This document shows positions 8,310 to 19,407 of a stretch of 64,000 nucleotides of DNA, in pieces. The position numbers and the translations under genes were made by a program. Source of the DNA: a virus (taxonomy: Duplodnaviria; Caudoviricetes); the IMG/VR virus record IMGVR_UViG_3300034197_000017, positions 1 to 64,000 of that record; one strand, 5' to 3'. Positions within the stretch are counted from its first letter, which is position 1; the number at the start of each line of letters is the position of its first letter. The notes beneath the pieces are model-generated. The model was not told where the DNA came from, searched no databases, and worked only from the letters and a program-made list of their open reading frames with translations.

Positions 8310-11300
8310 TGAAACTATTAGCTTCCTATAACCATACATTTTCTACCGGGAAATCAATTACTTCTCAAGTTTGGAAAGTTATAGAAAATAAGGATAAGTT
8401 AACTGGACTATGGCTTGCTAGTCCAGACTATATAGAAACCTCCCTAATAGGTACATCACTCACCAATAGTAAGGTGGTGACATGGGTGAATACCTTGGAA
8501 GACGGTAATTATCTATATAGTTCTCAAAATAATGAGCCAACACTAACCATTAATGATAGTCAATTTAACTATCAACCCTCTATAGATTTTTCTGATGACT
8601 CGTTTAATCAACTAAAACTTAAATTTCCTATTCAAGCTAAGACTATAATTATTGTTTACTTAACTAGAGTTTCAGGTAGTTACCTTATCTATGCTCCTAG
8701 ACAAACTCAGAATTCTAGTGAAAGTGAAACTAGATATTATGATGCTTTTCCACCAGGAACTAATGGCACTCTTTGGGGTAATGAAGCATTAGATAATAAT
8801 AGAACCTATAACTCTAGGTCTAGAATTAATGGTAGAGACGTATCATCAAATACCTATGTTCCCCTAAATAGAGCTAGAGTGCTGACAATAACTGATTTTG
8901 GTGGAAATGGACAGATACAGACTATTTCTGGATTCGGAGGACAACAGGGGATAATTGGAGGACTAAATCCTAGATATTTACAAAACTCAGTTAAAGGTAA
9001 AATAGCCGCTATATTAACCTTTTCAGATATCCTCCCTGATGATGAGTTAAAGGCCATAGAGACAGCATTAGGTACTACCTATGTAAACTATACAGGAGCA
9101 GTACTAACATCCACTCCTAAGCTTAAAACTATACTTGGTAACTACTTTTCGTTTGACCTGAGTACTGTTGTCCTAGATGAATGGTTTGACATTACTGAAT
9201 ACTCTTTAATTTCCCCTATAGATGTTAATCTCTCAATTACAGGGTCAGTTTTATCTGGACTTGTTACAGTTCCCTATAACGGTAAGCTTACGTTCAAGGT
9301 AATAAATTCTGCTGGATTAGAAAAAGTATTTGAATTAGATTTGGAATTATGTCGTAATGATGACATTGTAGACTCCTTTCCTAAATCTTCTAGTATATCT
9401 CTGGCCTTAAGTACCTACCAAAATAGCTCAGATGCTGAATTTACAGGTATATATGTTGATAGCCAGAATATTATCTCCTATTGGGAAGACTGTAGACGAG
9501 TAAGTAACTCCTCTGTAACTAATAACTCAGTTCCTTTATTGACTTCTACCCCATCAGTGGAACCAACCTTAGTTAGAAATGACTCATTAGTAAATAACTC
9601 TAATTCAGTTAGATTTACTGGAAATTCCTCTATACTTAGTAGTAGCTATATTACAGGTAAGTCTTTTCTTTGGGTCTATATTCAAGAGAACTTTGGTGTT
9701 AGACCTATGTTAAATACATTCCCTGATATCAAGGGTAATGGAGAACTATGGACTATCTCTAATACCAATCAAATTCATGGTCAAACAGATATTACTAAGC
9801 TTATAACTACTGTACAGACCGTATCAGTAAATACCTTAAGCTACAAAAATAAATTAAATACTTTAGTTTTTATAACTGCAACTCAACCTGAAAATGTACC
9901 TATAGTATTTAATGGATTTACTGGTCTTAGAGGTAAACTATTATTTTTCTGTAGCTGGAATGAGCAGTTAACTTCAACTGAGTTTAAGTCTGTTATTACT
10001 TCACTATCTCCTAGATACTTAAGTACTCTAAACCCTGTCATTGTAAACGCTGATACTGAATATAGAACTCAAGCTAATGTTACTGTAGACCTTAAAACTA
10101 AAATAGTAGATTTACAAAACTTATCTTTAAGTTATCTAATTACAGAGAATAATTACTCTGCTACTATATCTAGTGGTATTCTTTCATTCACAGCAGTAAG
10201 AGATGAAGTAGTATCCTTTACCATAGAAGTATCGAATACTATCCCATTGACTACCACAATACAGTTTAATGTGGATATAACTCTAAAAACTAATACTTTA
10301 TATAGAACCTTAAAGGATGTTATTGGTACATCTAATATTAAGTTATTCTTAATAGCCGAACTAGATTCAATTACTTTAGATGACCAGAACATTAGTGAAT
10401 GGGATGACTATAGAGAATCTGGTAATTTTCTAACGGGTACTAATGTCTTAATAGATAGCTTGTATCAATTAGATGGAAACTATACTGCCGATTTTGATGT
10501 AGATGGAAGCTCCTATCTCACGTTAGAAAATCCTGTATCAGGTAAGTCTTTTGTTATTGCCTATATCAAAAAAGACTTAGGTAGTGGAAAATCATTCTTA
10601 CTGGGTCAAAGTAGTAGTGCTGATTTCTCTTCTGGAGAGTCAGGTAGGTTATTTGATGCTGACCTTACTGCAAGTGAAATTCTAAATTCCTCTACGTATG
10701 TAAACTCTAAGGAAAGGGAACCATCATATACATTCACCCCATTCATTCTAAATACTATAGTCATCAATAGCACTGCTGAGTTAACCGTAGATACTATAGC
10801 CAAAGATAGAGTATTCACAGATAGTGGTGTAAAGGGATACATTCCTCTAGCTGTAGTGGTAGATAGAAATATAACCGAACTTGAAGCAGTTCAAATTAAC
10901 ACTCTTATACGAGACTATTACGATAGCCCAAAATTCATATTACTTCTGCACTGTAATACTATCTCAGACTCATCTCTTAGAAATAAAGCATTAATTACAA
11001 CTGGAAATGTAAACTCTTCAATAAAGAAATTCGGTAGTTCATCTTATCCCTTAGTATCTAATAGCCTAGTAGTTCCTATCTTGGTAGAAAATGATACAGA
11101 TTTTGCTTTTATTACAGAAGATTTTACTGTATCCTTCTGGATTAACTTAAATAAAACAATAACTGAACAGCTAATTATTTATAATCAGCCAGATTTAATT
11201 ATATATATTGAGGGAGATAAGCTTTATGTAGGAAGGAATACATTTTCTAGCTTATCTTTAGTTTCCTATACCCTTATAAATACCTTTTATGGGTCATTTA

Positions 11301-11542
11301 ATCATATCCAAGTAAATAAAAAAGATGGTACTTTATATTTATTTGTTAATGGTATGTTAACTGGTTCTATAGTTGATGAGTGGGAATATGTAGATTATAG
11401 TACTCCAGTAAGGATAGGTCAGACTTTGAACTTACTTACTACTGGAGTTGATTGTTATTTAGATGAGTTTATTGTATATAGAAGACTAGGATTTAATTCA
11501 AGTAATTTTACTGTTCCAACTGTGGAGTATGCAAATCCTTGA
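8309..11542 (+). CDS. tail fibre / receptor-binding protein with repeated lectin-like (LamG/ConA) domains
   Basis: Three internal repeats (W.D.R...S..F...KS....Y...G.LW/F) and a C-terminal DFTVSFWI...HIQVNKKDGTLYLFVNG...YLDEFIVY LamG-type domain. Confidence 0.65.
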   Translation: MKLLASYNHTFSTGKSITSQVWKVIENKDKLTGLWLASPDYIETSLIGTSLTNSKVVTWVNTLEDGNYLYSSQNNEPTLTINDSQFNYQPSIDFSDDSFNQLKLKFPIQAKTIIIVYLTRVSGSYLIYAPRQTQNSSESETRYYDAFPPGTNGTLWGNEALDNNRTYNSRSRINGRDVSSNTYVPLNRARVLTITDFGGNGQIQTISGFGGQQGIIGGLNPRYLQNSVKGKIAAILTFSDILPDDELKAIETALGTTYVNYTGAVLTSTPKLKTILGNYFSFDLSTVVLDEWFDITEYSLISPIDVNLSITGSVLSGLVTVPYNGKLTFKVINSAGLEKVFELDLELCRNDDIVDSFPKSSSISLALSTYQNSSDAEFTGIYVDSQNIISYWEDCRRVSNSSVTNNSVPLLTSTPSVEPTLVRNDSLVNNSNSVRFTGNSSILSSSYITGKSFLWVYIQENFGVRPMLNTFPDIKGNGELWTISNTNQIHGQTDITKLITTVQTVSVNTLSYKNKLNTLVFITATQPENVPIVFNGFTGLRGKLLFFCSWNEQLTSTEFKSVITSLSPRYLSTLNPVIVNADTEYRTQANVTVDLKTKIVDLQNLSLSYLITENNYSATISSGILSFTAVRDEVVSFTIEVSNTIPLTTTIQFNVDITLKTNTLYRTLKDVIGTSNIKLFLIAELDSITLDDQNISEWDDYRESGNFLTGTNVLIDSLYQLDGNYTADFDVDGSSYLTLENPVSGKSFVIAYIKKDLGSGKSFLLGQSSSADFSSGESGRLFDADLTASEILNSSTYVNSKEREPSYTFTPFILNTIVINSTAELTVDTIAKDRVFTDSGVKGYIPLAVVVDRNITELEAVQINTLIRDYYDSPKFILLLHCNTISDSSLRNKALITTGNVNSSIKKFGSSSYPLVSNSLVVPILVENDTDFAFITEDFTVSFWINLNKTITEQLIIYNQPDLIIYIEGDKLYVGRNTFSSLSLVSYTLINTFYGSFNHIQVNKKDGTLYLFVNGMLTGSIVDEWEYVDYSTPVRIGQTLNLLTTGVDCYLDEFIVYRRLGFNSSNFTVPTVEYANP

Positions 11543-11963
11543 AAATATCATCTAAACTGGTAACTTCTTTACCTCTATTTTCTAACGTATATTTTCTTCT
11601 GTTCTCCCATACTTTCCTCATAAATTCTTTTTTCTTTTTCACCTGCTCTACTTCTGATGGAGTTAGAGTTCCCTTATAATCCCTAACTCTTAATACAAAA
11701 TGTGGACTAAATTTGAATTTTGGGTAGTATTGTGTAGTGCCGTGTCTATTACCTTTAATATTAACGCTGAACTTACCTATTCCAAAGACACTTACATCTT
11801 TATCTTCTTTTAATTGAGCTTCTACATATGCCCAAAAGTAGCGTAAGACAGTACTGACTTGAAATTCTGTAGGTAAGGAATCTGGGTATTCCTCATTAAT
11901 TAGGTGCATTATTGCTACTACATAGTCTGGAGTTCCATATCTCCCTAACGCTTTTGTACGCAT
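11508..11963 (-). CDS. HU/IHF-like DNA-binding protein
   Basis: VSTVLRYFWAYVEAQLKEDKDVSVFGIGKFSV...PKFKFSPHFV follows the HU/IHF helix, beta-arm and PKF.FS pattern. Confidence 0.7.
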   Translation of the reverse strand: MRTKALGRYGTPDYVVAIMHLINEEYPDSLPTEFQVSTVLRYFWAYVEAQLKEDKDVSVFGIGKFSVNIKGNRHGTTQYYPKFKFSPHFVLRVRDYKGTLTPSEVEQVKKKKEFMRKVWENRRKYTLENRGKEVTSLDDIFKDLHTPQLEQ

Positions 11964-12021
11964 ATTTATATGATTTTAGGTTAAAATAATCTTAATATAT
12001 TATACACACTAATCAGATTCT

Positions 12022-13746
12022 ATGTCTAAGCAGAAAAGTAGGCATTCTAAGGAATACAGTCTATATAAAAATCAGGAATACCTGAAAGACATAGCCATAG
12101 CAACTAAATATCTATCGAATACTAACCTAGATAATCAAATATATCAAATCATAGCTTCAAAACTAGTCCAGTTCATTAAAGAACTAGATGATACTGGATT
12201 CTCTCAATTACCTTTGATGCCTAAATCAATCCTGTTAGAAAAATTAAAGGTCATTACAAGTGATGTCAGGGTATTAATTACAAATAGAATCAATAGAGCG
12301 CTTACCCAGCTATGGGAAAATAGCTTTAGATTAGGAATTAAACATCAAATTTTAGATTTGCTCTATGATTCTGGGCTATTTGAAGAGGAATTTAAGTCCT
12401 TAAGTAGAAAACATTTAGCGTACTCTTCTTTATTCGGTGCTTCTATATCTAACTATGTGCTAGGTGATAGTGATATAGCTTCCTTTGCTCCTGGTGAGGA
12501 TGATAAGAGTATTTCTCAGGCTAAACGTAGGGATACGGTATTAAGGTCTAATCTAGCTAAATTAAAGGCTTCTGGGGTATTTAAGGATAAACAACTTGAC
12601 CCAAGCTATATACCAGGAAGATTAAATATCGAAGAGAGAATTACATTCTTTGAAACGGCTGAAGATATAGCCAATTATAGAAGGAAGGCTGAGGTATTAC
12701 AGAAGGATTTTATTGGGGGTAATTATATTTCCAATAGAATTAGAGTCTTAAGTTCGGAGTATGCTGACAAGTATGATGAGGGAGTTAAGGGACATATTTA
12801 TAACTACCTAACTACCAATGTAGAAGGTACAAAGCAGATAAAGGAAAGTTTTTCTAACGCTGAGCTGGCTGCTGCTAGGATTAAACGGGTATTACAAGAA
12901 GAAAATGTTCAGGAATTAAGTACTGACCAGTTAAAGTCTAAGAGTAAAACTATTCTAAGAACAGAATTAAATATTGCCTATAATTTTGGTAAGTTAGCTG
13001 GATATTCTAGCAGAGAGGACTTAGGTAGAAAATTCAGAGTAAATGCTGATTGGGAATTACAGGGCAGTGTTCCAGGATATGAGGTATGTAAATTCTGTTC
13101 TGCTGTTGATGGGACAATAATGACTGTAAGGGAGTTATTATTTCTTGGTATTCAGGCAGATAGAGGAGTATTGACTTATTTGGGTAGTAATAGGACTAGA
13201 ACATCATTTAAGAATCCTAGTCTACTTGTAATACCTTTCCATCCTAACTGTAACTGCTTCTATACAGTAGAGCCAGAGACTAAACAGGAACGGGAAGATA
13301 GATTAAATGCCTTACAGACAGTTCCTATTAAAGCTGGTGATGCATATAGTCAAGAGGAACTCACTAACCTCTTCCAGGAGCTAAGCTTTGATGATACTGA
13401 AAGTACTATCTCTAGTGGTTTACTAGCTACAGCAGGAGTTGGGTTAGTGGTAGGAGCTGGGTATCTATTATCCAGAAGTAATGTCTATAAAGAATTTCTA
13501 AAAACTATAGTTACTACTATCCCCAAAGAGGAAGATACCTTAACTAAAGTTGGAACTACGTTAGATGATTTTCTTAGACAGAGACAACCACAACCAAAAC
13601 CCTCACCAAGTCCAATTAGAAAACCCTCTATTGTAGATGATGTAGTTTCATCTAGGGAGTATATCAAAAAAGAAATACCTCCTGAAATAGGAGATATTTT
13701 TGAGAATATATTAACTGATGTTTTAAGTAGTAGTGATATTACTTGA
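12022..13746 (+). CDS. head morphogenesis / minor head protein (Mu gpF / SPP1 gp7-like)
   Basis: ILRTELNIAYNFG, VCKFCSAVDG and PFHPNCNC motifs. Confidence 0.8.
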   Translation: MSKQKSRHSKEYSLYKNQEYLKDIAIATKYLSNTNLDNQIYQIIASKLVQFIKELDDTGFSQLPLMPKSILLEKLKVITSDVRVLITNRINRALTQLWENSFRLGIKHQILDLLYDSGLFEEEFKSLSRKHLAYSSLFGASISNYVLGDSDIASFAPGEDDKSISQAKRRDTVLRSNLAKLKASGVFKDKQLDPSYIPGRLNIEERITFFETAEDIANYRRKAEVLQKDFIGGNYISNRIRVLSSEYADKYDEGVKGHIYNYLTTNVEGTKQIKESFSNAELAAARIKRVLQEENVQELSTDQLKSKSKTILRTELNIAYNFGKLAGYSSREDLGRKFRVNADWELQGSVPGYEVCKFCSAVDGTIMTVRELLFLGIQADRGVLTYLGSNRTRTSFKNPSLLVIPFHPNCNCFYTVEPETKQEREDRLNALQTVPIKAGDAYSQEELTNLFQELSFDDTESTISSGLLATAGVGLVVGAGYLLSRSNVYKEFLKTIVTTIPKEEDTLTKVGTTLDDFLRQRQPQPKPSPSPIRKPSIVDDVVSSREYIKKEIPPEIGDIFENILTDVLSSSDIT

Positions 13747-13984
13747 GTCTCTCTGACATAAAGAAAAATGTGACTGGTTTGGAATATAGTTTGGAGAACT
13801 CTAATAGACGATAAGAGTCTACACTATATTCCCCTCTTTCATATTTGGAAATAGTATCTTGGGATAGCCCAAATTGGAAAGCTACTTCTTTTTGAGTGAG
13901 TTTTGCTGATTTTCTAGCATTACGTAAAAGAAGTCCTTGGTTACGTTTGAAAGTTTCTTGATGGGTATCCCTATTTAATAACAT
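13739..13984 (-). CDS. XRE-family HTH transcriptional regulator
   Basis: LRNARKSAKLTQKEVAFQFGLSQDTISKYERGE is a canonical HTH_3/XRE motif. Confidence 0.9.
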   Translation of the reverse strand: MLLNRDTHQETFKRNQGLLLRNARKSAKLTQKEVAFQFGLSQDTISKYERGEYSVDSYRLLEFSKLYSKPVTFFFMSERLK

Positions 13985-14062
13985 TAGGAAATGTTAAACT
14001 TAATGTATAAAAGAATTTTTATGTATATCTCAATTCTAATACATTATATCTCCCTATAAGCT

Positions 14063-15034
14063 ATGGCTGCTACAAAAACTAAAAACTTCCCCAAATATAC
14101 TGAATTTAATGACGCTACAGGATATTTCAATTCTGCTAATTTTCAAGATGGTATTGATGGTAGTGAGGCATTAATTAAAACTGCCTTAGTCGCTCATGAA
14201 GGTACATTCAGAGATAGTCTAGATGTTTCTCATACCTTTGACTCTGATAGATTAGTTACTATAGCTGACTATACAAATAAAGCTTTAGATGCTGGTACTA
14301 CAATTCCTGTCTGTACTGACCATAAGAAGGATGTGGCACATACAGTAGGTAGCCTGGGTATTGATGCTAGAGCATATACTAAACCGATTGAAATTACTGA
14401 CCTTCCTAATCCTAAAGCTACACATCTTCTAGGTAAATTAGGATTATTCGTGGATAATGTAACTATTAAAGCTGCTGAGGCTATCGATAAAGTTAGAAAT
14501 GGCATTGTAACTTCTGTCTCTATGGGTCTTAATCTTGACCCTAAAGACCATAGATTGATTGAGCTATCTTTAGTCCCTATTCCCGCTATTCCTAATATGG
14601 GGTTATTTAAGATGGGTATTCCAGATGACTCTAATGCCTTTACTTGGGAAGAATTAGAATCTGACGAACAAAGTCTGGATGAATTGAAAGATGACTATGA
14701 TGAGTTAACCAGCAATTTATGGGTACTTCTAAATAACATTTATAATTCTGAAAGTATCGATATTTCAGATATGATTACCCTTCAACAATACGTCTATACC
14801 ACACTAAATGGTTTCAGTGTAAGAGTTCTAGACTTACTTGGTCTAGCTAACTTACCTACAGACCAAACTGGTTTAGGTAGTAATACATTAACTGCTGACG
14901 GTGCTCAACAAATGCAGCAAACTCAAATTCAAGGGGTTGATGCTCAAGCTCAACAGCCTGCTATATATAGAAGAGGTAATTCTAATGTAGCTTCATTTGG
15001 ATGTGCTAAGAAATATATTAGGACTCGTAAATAA
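14063..15034 (+). CDS. prohead protease (Mu gpI-like) with C-terminal extension
   Basis: VCTDH (His), KVRNGIVTSVSMG (Ser), LIELSLVPIPAIPNM; it lies between the F-like gene and the capsid genes. Confidence 0.75.
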   Translation: MAATKTKNFPKYTEFNDATGYFNSANFQDGIDGSEALIKTALVAHEGTFRDSLDVSHTFDSDRLVTIADYTNKALDAGTTIPVCTDHKKDVAHTVGSLGIDARAYTKPIEITDLPNPKATHLLGKLGLFVDNVTIKAAEAIDKVRNGIVTSVSMGLNLDPKDHRLIELSLVPIPAIPNMGLFKMGIPDDSNAFTWEELESDEQSLDELKDDYDELTSNLWVLLNNIYNSESIDISDMITLQQYVYTTLNGFSVRVLDLLGLANLPTDQTGLGSNTLTADGAQQMQQTQIQGVDAQAQQPAIYRRGNSNVASFGCAKKYIRTRK

Positions 15035-15037
15035 ACT

Positions 15038-16588
15038 ATGAAACTAACAAAAAGTACTACATATGTTACCTTTTCTTATTTGAATGGGTTAACTGCTAAT
15101 TTTGTTAGAGTTCCTAGAGAGGATGAAGAACGGGTAGGTAAACTTGTAAATCAATCTAAAGACTTAAAGACTCAATATACTGATGGAGATGTAACTTATA
15201 CTCCAAAAGAAGTATTAAGAGCGGGTAGAAAATCAAGAGGAAGGAAACTGGCTCTTAGATTAAATGAACCTGGAAATAACTTAGATGAGTCTATACGAAC
15301 CTTAAAAGATAATAGATTGACTCTCAATCAAATAAGAGCTGTTGATAGATATGAACAGCAACGTAGAGGAGGACATAGTAACTTACCTAAAGTAAGTGAT
15401 ACAAAATATAAGACTGCCTTACGTTCCTTGCAGGGAGGTGAGGGAATAGCATCGGCTCAAAAAGTCAGGGATGCTATGTCTTCTATAGACTCTATGAGAA
15501 GAGGTGCTAATCCCCAAACTTATGAGATGAGTAAAACTAGAACTTTACTCAAACAAAATCCACAAGTACAGTCTGCTATTCAACAAGCTACTAATGGAAA
15601 TCCTATAACCGCAAAAATCCCTAGTTACATTGATAGTTCTTCTCTTCCTGATTCATTAACTAATAATACTGGAAGAGGTTTGACTGTCAGCTATAATCCA
15701 GCAATACCCGAATCAGGAGCTAAAACTGGTACATCTAGAGCAGTAGATAGAGTTACTAGGGTATTATCCGATATCGGTGTAGAGCAAAATGCCACAGCTA
15801 GACCTACTACAGCTAGATTAAGAGGTGTACAACTCAAAGAATTTATACGTGAAAGAGCACAAAATGACCCTCAATTAGCGAGAGAAAATCTAGGTAAATT
15901 AAAAACTACAGCAGGTAGATTTCTTGAAAGATTATCTAATCCTAAACCTATATCACCTGAAACTGATTCACCTCCTATCACTGAACCAGATTTACCTACT
16001 CCTACTCCTAAGCCACCATCAGCCCCCAAGCCTCAAACACCTACAGATTCAGGTATTCCTAATTCTCCAGACGAGTTATTTAAGTTACAAACCGATAAAT
16101 ATCCATCTAAAAAGAAAAGAGGTAGAAAACCTAAATCTGAATCTAACCCTACCCCAGAAGTAGTTAGCCAACCCCCGGTAGAAAATGTATCTAAATCTAC
16201 TCCTGTAGTTGATACACCTGCTCCTGCTCCTAGGTTTGAACCTATCAATCCTATAGTTTCTAAACAAGACGAGTTATCTGGATTGTTAAAAGAAGTGAAA
16301 TCTGTTAGACAATCTCCAGTTATCCCTAAAGCTACTCCCCACATACCTACAACAATGGGAGGTAAGGGATTAGTTGGATTAGCTGCTTTAGGTGGGGGAT
16401 TAGGTCTACTTGGAGGAGCTAGTATGTTAGCTAATAATAATAGAGCTAAACAAGAATCTAGACTTAATTCAGCTCAGCAAGGGTATTTGAATTATCCTGG
16501 ATATGCTCCTTATCCTCAATATTCCGCTAGTAATAAACGATTATTAGATTTAGGGGATAATATAAATAATAATAAAAGAATGACTTAA
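15038..16588 (+). CDS. Pro-rich protein with C-terminal glycine zipper, putative head-internal protein
   Basis: N-terminal FSYLNGLTANF, a PTPTPKPPSAPKP linker, and GLVGLAALGGGLGLLGG near the C-terminus. Confidence 0.55.
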   Translation: MKLTKSTTYVTFSYLNGLTANFVRVPREDEERVGKLVNQSKDLKTQYTDGDVTYTPKEVLRAGRKSRGRKLALRLNEPGNNLDESIRTLKDNRLTLNQIRAVDRYEQQRRGGHSNLPKVSDTKYKTALRSLQGGEGIASAQKVRDAMSSIDSMRRGANPQTYEMSKTRTLLKQNPQVQSAIQQATNGNPITAKIPSYIDSSSLPDSLTNNTGRGLTVSYNPAIPESGAKTGTSRAVDRVTRVLSDIGVEQNATARPTTARLRGVQLKEFIRERAQNDPQLARENLGKLKTTAGRFLERLSNPKPISPETDSPPITEPDLPTPTPKPPSAPKPQTPTDSGIPNSPDELFKLQTDKYPSKKKRGRKPKSESNPTPEVVSQPPVENVSKSTPVVDTPAPAPRFEPINPIVSKQDELSGLLKEVKSVRQSPVIPKATPHIPTTMGGKGLVGLAALGGGLGLLGGASMLANNNRAKQESRLNSAQQGYLNYPGYAPYPQYSASNKRLLDLGDNINNNKRMT

Positions 16589-16589
16589 T

Positions 16590-17693
16590 ATGAAATTTAT
16601 CAAAGAGTATAAATCTAGTTTTTCTAACAGTCCAAAATACTCTAATTTCGGTTTAATTAATCCTGCTACAGGTGCTTTAGCTGGTGCTACTCTAGGTGGC
16701 ATTAAGGGTGGTCTAGAGCAAGACCCTTATCAAGAACTAAGCCCTAGTGATAGAGCTTTTAGAGTGTTAGGAAATGCTGCTATAGGAGCTGGAGTTGGGG
16801 GTAGTTTAGGTGCATTACCCTCAGTCTTATCGCATAATCCTACTGCGAATAAAGTAGCTGGAGTAGTTGCTAAGGATACGGGTATTAATGTATTACCTAT
16901 CCCGAATGCAGTAGCTAAGGTAAAAGGTGATGCTGCTACCTTAGAACAGAATGTAGATAATCTTCTACAGAGCCAAAAGGTATTAGATGATAGACGTTAT
17001 ATCAGAAAAACAAATAGAACTGTAAGACGAGAACAAGCAAGATTAAAAAATGAAGCCTTAGTTGAAGATATGACTCAGCGCTTTGTGGAACCTGCTGTAG
17101 AGTTTATAGATAAAGTTAAACCTATGATAGTTCCAACAGTAAAACCTATTCCTGGATTAGTAGTTGGAGCAGCTAAAGGAACTGTTCAAGCTGGTAGAGG
17201 TGCTAGAAAAATATACGATAAAGGAGCTAATGTCTATAGAGCTGCAAGGGATACTATCAAGGAAAATCCCCCTTCATTTTCTAACGGCTCATATATGGCG
17301 GACTTCCAATTCGATGTTAATAGGGGATTAGCTATTGGTGCTTTAGCTGGTACTGGTATTGGTGGATTATATGGTGCTACTAAAGCATTTACTGATAACC
17401 AACATCAAGATGATAGACGGTTACTTAATCTTCAATCTATTCAAGACCCTTATCTCAGAATTAGACAGCAAGAATTATATGATTCTATGCCATCTAAGGT
17501 AGGTAGAGTTGCTGGAGATACTACTAATGGAGTTGGAAATACTGCTCTTAATGCTGGGCTTGGTGCTGCGGTTGGAGGTGCTGCTGTTGGTGGTGCTCTA
17601 CTAGGAGTTAACACATTAACAGCTCCCAAAGGTCTATTGAAAAATAGAGGTGGAAATAGATTCGCACAAGCATTTAATACATTAATACGATAA
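16590..17693 (+). CDS. two-module glycine-zipper protein
   Basis: FSNSPKYSNF precedes GALAGATLGG...; internal FSNGSYMADF precedes a second GALAGTGIGG...GAAVGGAAVGG module. Confidence 0.6.
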   Translation: MKFIKEYKSSFSNSPKYSNFGLINPATGALAGATLGGIKGGLEQDPYQELSPSDRAFRVLGNAAIGAGVGGSLGALPSVLSHNPTANKVAGVVAKDTGINVLPIPNAVAKVKGDAATLEQNVDNLLQSQKVLDDRRYIRKTNRTVRREQARLKNEALVEDMTQRFVEPAVEFIDKVKPMIVPTVKPIPGLVVGAAKGTVQAGRGARKIYDKGANVYRAARDTIKENPPSFSNGSYMADFQFDVNRGLAIGALAGTGIGGLYGATKAFTDNQHQDDRRLLNLQSIQDPYLRIRQQELYDSMPSKVGRVAGDTTNGVGNTALNAGLGAAVGGAAVGGALLGVNTLTAPKGLLKNRGGNRFAQAFNTLIR

Positions 17694-17699
17694 TAGGAT

Positions 17700-18005
17700 A
17701 TGAAATTATTAAAATTTTCTAGCGGGAATTATTCTACCTTAAACAGTAACTATAAATACTCTAATTACAATATCTCATTAGGTACAAAAATAGGTGCTGG
17801 ATTAGGGGCATTAAGAGGAGCTACAGTTCAGGGAGAAGCCTATACTGACCCTACTACAGGTCAAACATTTAGGAAGCAAATTGGATTTCTAGATAGGACA
17901 GGCAAGGTAGTAGGAAGTACAATTGGTGGTTCTTTATTAGGGGCTATTGGTACTGGAATTTATAGGGGTATGCCCTACTATAGACGTTCTACCTCTCCTA
18001 TTTAA
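17700..18005 (+). CDS. small glycine-zipper protein
   Basis: FSSGNY...KYSNY leader, then GAGLGALRG and GSTIGGSLLGAIG. Confidence 0.6.
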   Translation: MKLLKFSSGNYSTLNSNYKYSNYNISLGTKIGAGLGALRGATVQGEAYTDPTTGQTFRKQIGFLDRTGKVVGSTIGGSLLGAIGTGIYRGMPYYRRSTSPI

Positions 18006-18105
18006 TGATTTTTAGTTAAATACAGTTTTTTATCGTATTTTTATATAGTCAAATATTTAGATTCCTTAGTATGTAATTAATACATATTAAGGAATTTTTT
18101 ATTGT

Positions 18106-18576
18106 ATGAAGAAAGGATATAGATTGAGTAGCTTTAATGCTTACTCTAATTATCAAATTTACAAACAAGTTAATCAAGCAAACTTCGGATGGCAGAATAC
18201 CCTAGGGGATGCTGCTAAAGATGCATGGGGCGGAATTAAAAGTACAGCCTCACAAGTAAAACAAGGGGTTGGTGAAGGTGCTGAAGCACTGGGAACTAAG
18301 CTCACTGGTGGAATAGAAAACCATTTGCAGGGTAGAAGTAACGTACTAGGGACTGCTCTAGATAATATGACACCTACAGCAGCTTCTACTCCAGAAGAAC
18401 TTGCTAAATTAGCCAAACTTAAAAAAACTAAATCTAATTTAGGTGCTGCTAATCAGTTCCTGCAAAATAACCGTCAAGGTATTGGTTATGGTGCTATGGG
18501 TCTAGGTGCATTGGGTGTTGGTGGAGCAGGTCTAGTTGCTGCTAACGCTATGGGTCAAAAACCTCAGCAATATTAA
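18106..18576 (+). CDS. glycine-zipper protein
   Basis: Leader ending NQANF; C-terminal GYGAMGLGALGVGGAGLV. Confidence 0.6.
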   Translation: MKKGYRLSSFNAYSNYQIYKQVNQANFGWQNTLGDAAKDAWGGIKSTASQVKQGVGEGAEALGTKLTGGIENHLQGRSNVLGTALDNMTPTAASTPEELAKLAKLKKTKSNLGAANQFLQNNRQGIGYGAMGLGALGVGGAGLVAANAMGQKPQQY

Positions 18577-18591
18577 GGATTAAATAAAATT

Positions 18592-19395
18592 ATGAACGAT
18601 TTAAACCCAACAAATGCATTCGGAGAACTACTCCTAGATTTAATAGAGGAACAGTACGGTGGTGACTATGATGCGGGTATTTCTGCATTGATGGAAACTA
18701 CAGGTCTTTCTGAAGAAGAAGTTGTATCTGTTATTCAAGGAGACACGATTATTGAAGATGAAGGTCTGTTGAGTGGAATCATTGATGCTTTCCCCGATGC
18801 AGATGATGAAGATAAGGAAGTCATCGTGAATGTTGCTAGCGGTGTTGATGAAGCCGATAGAGCAGACCTGATTGACATGATTGATAGTGATGAAGCTCAA
18901 GACCCTGGATATCAAGAGGAACCAGACGAAACTATGGAACAAGAACCTACCGCCCCTGAAGCTGAGTATGCTGCGTATGCAGTTCAACAAGCTCAGTTTG
19001 CTGCCCAACAAGCTCAAGAGATTCAAGCTCGCTGGGCTAACTTTGAAGCAGTAAACTATCTTACCGCTGAATTGCGTCAACTAGATAATATGGCTACTCA
19101 AGCTGTATCGTCTAATTTATTGCCCCCTTCATATAAGGCATTACTCATCGGTAACTTTGCCGCTGACGATAGCTCTAGAATTTCTAGATTCTGCCAAATG
19201 GCTGAAAGTAATGGTGTCGATGTAGGCACGATGTTATTTGCAACTAAATATGCAATGGGTCTATTGACTGATGCTAGCGATTTTGTTGAATTTAACGACT
19301 ACTCTGTGACTGCTGAAGATGTAGCTATTGCTTCATTCAGTGCAGGTTTAGATAGTGCTGTTAAAGCTGACTTAGATGCGATTTTCAATAACTAG
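18592..19395 (+). CDS. putative capsid scaffolding protein
   Basis: Highly acidic and helical; immediately upstream of the decoration and major capsid genes. Confidence 0.55.
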   Translation: MNDLNPTNAFGELLLDLIEEQYGGDYDAGISALMETTGLSEEEVVSVIQGDTIIEDEGLLSGIIDAFPDADDEDKEVIVNVASGVDEADRADLIDMIDSDEAQDPGYQEEPDETMEQEPTAPEAEYAAYAVQQAQFAAQQAQEIQARWANFEAVNYLTAELRQLDNMATQAVSSNLLPPSYKALLIGNFAADDSSRISRFCQMAESNGVDVGTMLFATKYAMGLLTDASDFVEFNDYSVTAEDVAIASFSAGLDSAVKADLDAIFNN

Positions 19396-19407
19396 GAGAA
19401 ACTATAA